IMG/VR virus record: IMGVR_UViG_3300009183_000081
DNA from: an uncultured virus (IMG/VR IMGVR_UViG_3300009183_000081)
Taxonomy: Duplodnaviria > Heunggongvirae > Uroviricota > Caudoviricetes
DNA: 64,000 bases
Direction: 5' to 3' (one strand)
Under the pieces are notes generated by a model. The model was not told the DNA's origin, did no database searches, and saw nothing but the letters and a program-made list of their open reading frames with translations. The position numbers and the translations under genes were made by a program. Positions 59,568-64,000 of this stretch are shown here, piece by piece. Each line of letters begins with the position of its first letter. Position 1 is the first letter of the stretch.

Positions 59568-60170
59568 TTATTGACCAATACGAGTTTCAACGTAACGATC
59601 CGCTACGAATCCAATTGTAAGATCGGCAATTTTATCGTCTGCATAACTTAAGGTTTGCTCTGTAAATTTCTCAGTATCTATGAAAACTGGAGAGAAAACA
59701 AACTCTCTAAAGATTACACCAGAACGGTTGAATTGAGTTACTTGAATTACTGCTGGACTAGCAACAGTACCTGCGTAATCTTTTTTCAATCCTTGCGCAC
59801 CAGTCATTGGATCATAGATCAAATTAGACCAAGCGCGGAATGCGTTATAAATGTAATTATCGTTATCGTCATTTAAGTTCAATTCAAATGCAATCTTGAA
59901 TTTAGCTAACGTTGTTGTAGGTTTAGCAGCAGCGTAAGCTCTTTCAGAGAATTTGAATCTCTGTGTTTGCAAAGCACCACCGGCGTTACCGTGAAGTTCT
60001 GGAAGTCCAGTAACCGTCTTAACGTGTTCTAGAGTTAGATTATTGTTAAATCCAATTTTTGCAGAGACAGCAGGTGGAGGCGTAATAATTACTTCAAACT
60101 GATTTAAGTAAATCGGTTCATATCTTCCTGGACCTGCGGTTGAGTTTTTAAAATGTGGTAGACCAGCCAT
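59568..60170 (-). CDS. gp19: Tail tube protein (T4 gp19-like)
   Basis: NQFEVIIT, AFRAWSNLIYDPMTG...KKDYA, IQVTQFNRSG and LSY. Confidence 0.75.
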   Translation of the reverse strand: MAGLPHFKNSTAGPGRYEPIYLNQFEVIITPPPAVSAKIGFNNNLTLEHVKTVTGLPELHGNAGGALQTQRFKFSERAYAAAKPTTTLAKFKIAFELNLNDDNDNYIYNAFRAWSNLIYDPMTGAQGLKKDYAGTVASPAVIQVTQFNRSGVIFREFVFSPVFIDTEKFTEQTLSYADDKIADLTIGFVADRYVETRIGQ

Positions 60171-60213
60171 CTTGTCTTATTTTTTTAATTTATTTATTCG
60201 AGAGTTTCGCAGT

Positions 60214-61119
60214 TTATCGCGGACCGACCGGAGTTGGGTCAGCTTTTTTGTTAACCTCATTCTTAATTTCGGTGAATTCGCGCTCCTTTGCGCCGGAACC
60301 CTTTAAGCTTTTAAGTGCTTTAAACACCCAGTCTTCGTCTTCTGCATCCTTTCCTTTTGGAACAACTGAATTTTCGCCAACGGTAAATGATAATTCAATC
60401 GAAGGCAATACTTCAGCTAAGAGATTCTTTTGAACTCCACCGCCTTCGCCTTCAACTGTAAAATCTGAATAACTGAATTCAATTGTGTCTCCCATAATAC
60501 CGCCAAATTTAACTATTGCTTTAATTTTGCTAGAGTTGTCAAGATTTTCATCTCCGACCATCTTAGTTATATTATTGGTTGCACGATACTGAATAGTTAC
60601 TCCGCTTCCGCCTTTTTCCTGAACATCAATGAATCTCATTCTATCAGCAATCACATGAACAGAATAACTTCCATTAAATGCAGGAGTCTTCTCTGGATCC
60701 TTAGGCTCATCTTTCTTTGGCTCGTCATTAGTTATCTCATCTTCAGGTTCTAGTGAATCCTGATCATCCTGAGTTTTATCTATGACAGCTGGCAGTCCAG
60801 GCTTTTGGAAAACTGCTGGTAAATTCTTATCATTACCGGCAGGCAATGCTAGAGTTTCGTTTGTCTTCTTTGTTAGCTTAGAATCAATTACTGCATTAAT
60901 CTCTTTAAGTAGATTAATTAACTTATCGGCGCTTGTGTACTTGTAATAAGTTGCAAGAGCAGAAGCCTTTGTAAACAATAAGTCCGGATAAATGTCAGTA
61001 GTATGCAGTTCAATATCTTGAGCATTCTGATCCCAATGAGGCTGTCCGCCGTTTCCGGGATTGGTCCACTTAATATTAAAGCTTATGTATGACTCTGCAA
61101 TTACGCCGTTTCCTATCAT
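60214..61119 (-). CDS. Hypothetical protein, late cluster
   Basis: 301-aa ORF. Confidence 0.6.
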   Translation of the reverse strand: MIGNGVIAESYISFNIKWTNPGNGGQPHWDQNAQDIELHTTDIYPDLLFTKASALATYYKYTSADKLINLLKEINAVIDSKLTKKTNETLALPAGNDKNLPAVFQKPGLPAVIDKTQDDQDSLEPEDEITNDEPKKDEPKDPEKTPAFNGSYSVHVIADRMRFIDVQEKGGSGVTIQYRATNNITKMVGDENLDNSSKIKAIVKFGGIMGDTIEFSYSDFTVEGEGGGVQKNLLAEVLPSIELSFTVGENSVVPKGKDAEDEDWVFKALKSLKGSGAKEREFTEIKNEVNKKADPTPVGPR

Positions 61120-61122
61120 TTA

Positions 61123-61626
61123 TTAGCCGATTTCTTTATCTCCGCGGAATTCTTTTCCACGATTTGCTTTTTTCTTATCTGGATCAACTGTTTTATAGTT
61201 AGCCCAAATTTCGTTGTAAATACGGCAAGATGCTCCCATGAAATTAACGATACCTACATATTTCTTGCGATCATCACCTTTCATTTTTGAAATCTTCTTA
61301 CCGATTGAACGAGCATCATCTAAATCAAGTTCTTCCTCGTCAGATTTTCCAACCAAGTCCTTAAGCGAATTTGCTTCGTACATATACGATTCAAACGTTG
61401 GATGCACGTGTGGTCCTCGTGGGCCCATTGGATCCAGGTCAATATCTTCTGATTCAATATCAGCAGATCCACCCATTCTTTTTATTTGAGCAAGGCCTTC
61501 TTCCTGAGAGTTTACTGGAATCAAAGTGTTTTGACCAACTACATAGTAGCCGTCTTCGCGCTCTTCAATTCTCAATGGTCCAGACAGATCGAATTCCATG
61601 CCATCACTAAATTTAAGTTTTGACAT
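61123..61626 (-). CDS. Hypothetical protein, putative head-internal
   Basis: Internal PTFESYMYE motif. Confidence 0.55.
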   Translation of the reverse strand: MSKLKFSDGMEFDLSGPLRIEEREDGYYVVGQNTLIPVNSQEEGLAQIKRMGGSADIESEDIDLDPMGPRGPHVHPTFESYMYEANSLKDLVGKSDEEELDLDDARSIGKKISKMKGDDRKKYVGIVNFMGASCRIYNEIWANYKTVDPDKKKANRGKEFRGDKEIG

Positions 61627-61637
61627 AGTTAACTGAT

Positions 61638-61997
61638 TTATTTAGGCATCTTTGCCATAGCTGGATCAACTTTCTTGTTGATAGCTTTACCTTTGATAAC
61701 AAGCTTAGAGATCTTAGGATCAACTTCTTTCTTAGAAGCAGTTCCACGACCCTTAGGCATATCGGCCATTTCAGGTTTCACCATTTTATTAGAAGCAGAA
61801 CCACGACCCTTAGGCATATCAGCCATTTCAGGTTTTACAGTTTTACTGATTGCTCTACCTTTTCCAACAGGAAGTGCAGACATCTCATCATCAACTTGTT
61901 TTGTAATTCTTTTGCCTTTAGCTGGAGCGCCTTTAGCAAGATCTTGATTCGTTTTCTTTTCAAAAAGATACTCTTCGTAGCTTAAAACTGATTTCAT
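61638..61997 (-). CDS. Lys-rich repeat protein, putative head-internal DNA-binding protein
   Basis: MKSVLSYEEYLFE followed by about five degenerate 18-19-aa repeats (VKPEMADMPKGRG). Confidence 0.6.
   Translation of the reverse strand: MKSVLSYEEYLFEKKTNQDLAKGAPAKGKRITKQVDDEMSALPVGKGRAISKTVKPEMADMPKGRGSASNKMVKPEMADMPKGRGTASKKEVDPKISKLVIKGKAINKKVDPAMAKMPK
61732..61835. repeat. Coding tandem repeat, 57-bp period
   Basis: CCACGACCCTTAGGCATATC(G/A)GCCATTTCAGGTTT at 61744 and 61801. Confidence 0.85.
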
Positions 61998-62074
61998 GTG
62001 AATTTTGTTTTTTTGTAATTTCTTTTTTGCTAATCCTAGCTAGGTTATTTATTAGTGAAAGTCGGCTAAAAAAG

Positions 62075-62101
62075 AAAAGGCTCCCTTTTGAGGAGCCTTT
62101 T
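62075..62101 (-). terminator. Terminator after the major capsid gene
   Basis: AAAAGGCTCC...GGAGCCTTTT inverted repeat. Confidence 0.8.
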
Positions 62102-62123
62102 ACTATGAATAATCTAGTTAAGA

Positions 62124-63803
62124 TTAAGCTGCGTATCCAGTTGAAGGAGCAACAGAACCAGTCAATACTCCTAGGCCAGTTACTTCCATAGTGATGTATT
62201 GTGTTTCTGGGTGCCATCCAGCTTCCGTGATAGCATAACGAGATTTCATACCAATTTTCGGAGAGAAAGTACCCTCTGCAATTGTTTGAAGACTCTCAGC
62301 CATGATATATGGAAGGAATTTAACACCTGGCTCTTCGTCAGCGCCTTTACGTCCGATGTGGATGCGGTTGTCGCTGAATTTCAAGTTAGGATCTACGTAT
62401 ACAGTTAAACCGTGTACTTTACCAGCTGGGTAAAGTTGACCAGGTCCTGAAGGAAGATCGTTATTGAATGGAGCAAAAGAGTAACCAGCAACGTCAGCAA
62501 GAGCTGAAGCTACACGGCCGTTAGTAACGATGTATGTACCAGCACCGAAACGACCTCTGTGATAAATCAAGTTAGCCATTTCAAGGATTTTAGTAACAAC
62601 ACGACGTTGTAGAGTTGAGATGTTTTCGAAACCTGAACCGATCGTAAGATCTAAGTTAACGATTCCAGCGCCTTCAACTGCTTCTAACGTAGTTTTATGA
62701 GTTTTACCTAAGTTAAATACTCTGTCAACTAATTTTTTGTTGATACCTTGTGCAAGTTCATTAACTGCTACGTTCTCTAACATAGAGATTACGTCGAAAT
62801 TCCAAACTCGGTTAAGATCTTGGATTTGCTCAACAGTTGCAGAGATTGCTACTTGGTCTCCTTTTGCCTCAATGAATTTCGTAAACATACGAAGACCCAT
62901 TTGACGGAATTTAGAAGCTTCAGCAACTTCACGAGTCATACCGTCGTAGTTAACTTGAGAACCAGTAGAACCTAAGAAAGGACCATCGAAATCAACGTCA
63001 GCTTCAGTTGTAGTTGAAGTGAAACCTGAAATGTGGTTTTCTAAAGCAGATACTAGAGCTGCAGTTTGAGTAGTCAAAGACTTAGTGTAAGCGTGAGAAG
63101 CACCATTAACTGTAATAGTTGTGAAAGTTTCACCGTTAGTTACGAAATCATTGATTGTCTTAGTCTCATCGCCAGTTGTGTTAACTACTTTAAACATAGC
63201 TACTCCATCAATACGTGAGAATCCGATGAATGATAAGTTCAATACGTCTCCACCACCTAAATCGATCTTAGAAGTATCACCAGCTACGAAAGAAGCTAGA
63301 GTACCTGTAGAAAGAGTAGTAGTTTTAACGAAACCGTTGATTTTGATTACGAAAGGCTCGTATTGTTTGTCAACGTTACCACCTTGGTATACGTAATCCA
63401 AATAAGGTAAGAAACCTACTGGAGAATCCATAGGAACTACACCAACTAGATCGAAACCTACAGTTTTAGCAGCTACTTGAATAGCGATAGGTAACAAGCT
63501 TGGGAATTTATCACCAGAACCAGCTACGTTATAGCTATTTTTTGCACCATTTGTGAATGGAGTCATTGAAGAAGTTGGAGCAGAGATTGCACCCATTGCA
63601 GATACTGAACCTGGTTGTTGTAAGAACAAACCTGGAGCAGTGCTCTCGTTTAATGAACCTGCGTTATCAAAGATTGCGTGGTTGTGAGCGTAATCTACCA
63701 ACCAAGGGCGAGATTGTACGTTTGCACCATAACCTTCTAATACTGGGGTCCAAGTTTCCGTAACTGAAGCGTCATTCAGTCTTTTGAAAATTTTTGTTGC
63801 CAT
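62124..63803 (-). CDS. gp23: Major capsid protein (T4 gp23-like)
   Basis: DLVGVVPMDSPVG, TVEQIQDL, RGRFGAGTYIV, VYVDP and TFSPKIGMKSRYA. Confidence 0.93.
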   Translation of the reverse strand: MATKIFKRLNDASVTETWTPVLEGYGANVQSRPWLVDYAHNHAIFDNAGSLNESTAPGLFLQQPGSVSAMGAISAPTSSMTPFTNGAKNSYNVAGSGDKFPSLLPIAIQVAAKTVGFDLVGVVPMDSPVGFLPYLDYVYQGGNVDKQYEPFVIKINGFVKTTTLSTGTLASFVAGDTSKIDLGGGDVLNLSFIGFSRIDGVAMFKVVNTTGDETKTINDFVTNGETFTTITVNGASHAYTKSLTTQTAALVSALENHISGFTSTTTEADVDFDGPFLGSTGSQVNYDGMTREVAEASKFRQMGLRMFTKFIEAKGDQVAISATVEQIQDLNRVWNFDVISMLENVAVNELAQGINKKLVDRVFNLGKTHKTTLEAVEGAGIVNLDLTIGSGFENISTLQRRVVTKILEMANLIYHRGRFGAGTYIVTNGRVASALADVAGYSFAPFNNDLPSGPGQLYPAGKVHGLTVYVDPNLKFSDNRIHIGRKGADEEPGVKFLPYIMAESLQTIAEGTFSPKIGMKSRYAITEAGWHPETQYITMEVTGLGVLTGSVAPSTGYAA

Positions 63804-63821
63804 TTTATTAAAAATGTTTTT

Positions 63822-64000
63822 TTAGTTTTGTGCTCTTCTTTTGAGAGCGTCTAGATAGCTATTTGAATAACCTCTTAGACTTTCGTTTACTTGTACTAAC
63901 GATATGTAGCCCTCTTTACCTTGGCTTTCGTTAATTGTTTGATTATTTATATTATTTGCTTGCGCAATTCTTTCATTTACTGTTCTAAGATCGCGAGAAT
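63822..64000 (-). CDS. C-terminus of the prohead scaffold/core protein (gp22-like), partial
   Basis: ...RTVNERIAQANNINNQTINESQGKEGYISLVQVNESLRGYSNSYLDALKRRAQN*, directly upstream of gp23 with repeated (V/I)NE sites. Confidence 0.6.
   Translation of the reverse strand, partial: SRDLRTVNERIAQANNINNQTINESQGKEGYISLVQVNESLRGYSNSYLDALKRRAQN
63943..63951 (-). promoter_or_regulatory. T4-type late promoter TATAAATA for gp23
   Basis: Exact TATAAATAA on the minus strand about 140 nt upstream of gp23. Confidence 0.7.

Noticed and set aside
61732..61835. Direct repeat as a CRISPR or attachment site
   Set aside because: The period is 57 bp (19 codons), in frame within a protein repeat.
3331..63763. Many short antisense or alternate-frame ORFs in the track (e.g. 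27130-27930, 31058-32104, 55566-55892, 62199-63763)
   Set aside because: They are nested within well-supported genes and have shadow-ORF composition.
1..64000. Alternative genetic code (TAG/TGA recoding)
   Set aside because: Known genes are full length in the standard code, and TAG ends groEL at the expected position.
1..64000. CRISPR array, tRNA/rRNA, IS element or integrase
   Set aside because: No repeat-spacer arrays, cloverleafs or transposase motifs were seen; intergenic gaps are short.

Overview
The 64 kb window is a densely coding, AT-rich segment of a large T4-like myovirus genome (jumbo-phage type). The host is probably Bacteroidota; this is inferred from SD-less A-rich leaders, an Hc1-like protein, a stand-alone PolB-type exonuclease and a eukaryote-like class Ia RNR. 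Bases 1-24.8 kb (mostly minus strand) hold a virion cluster: fibres, very large baseplate-type proteins, a gp14-like neck protein and an embedded amidoligase. A gp55-like late sigma factor and a RuvC-like resolvase follow. Bases 26-43 kb and 46.6-58.9 kb (plus strand) hold replication, nucleotide and host-takeover genes: GroEL/GroES, ribosomal S1-like, nrdB/nrdA, Hc1, gp32, RNase H, dUTPase/dCTPase, a half-length PolB, Nudix, UvsX, gp41, gp47, a SET-like gene, gp46, a thymidylate-synthase-fold enzyme and dCMP deaminase. Sheath, holin-like, tube, major capsid and scaffold genes are on the minus strand. The most notable observations are: (1) a split PolB whose catalytic second half is absent from the window; (2) a cytosine-type (Asp) TS homologue suggesting modified DNA; (3) a structured, possibly pseudoknotted nrdB leader containing a leaderless uORF; (4) two promoter classes, AAAC-N17-TAnAAT and ATAAATAA; (5) a degenerate SET gene inside gp47-gp46 together with Hc1; (6) several proteins with T4-like capsid-targeting motifs. 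All calls come from motif recognition by eye; no searches were run.
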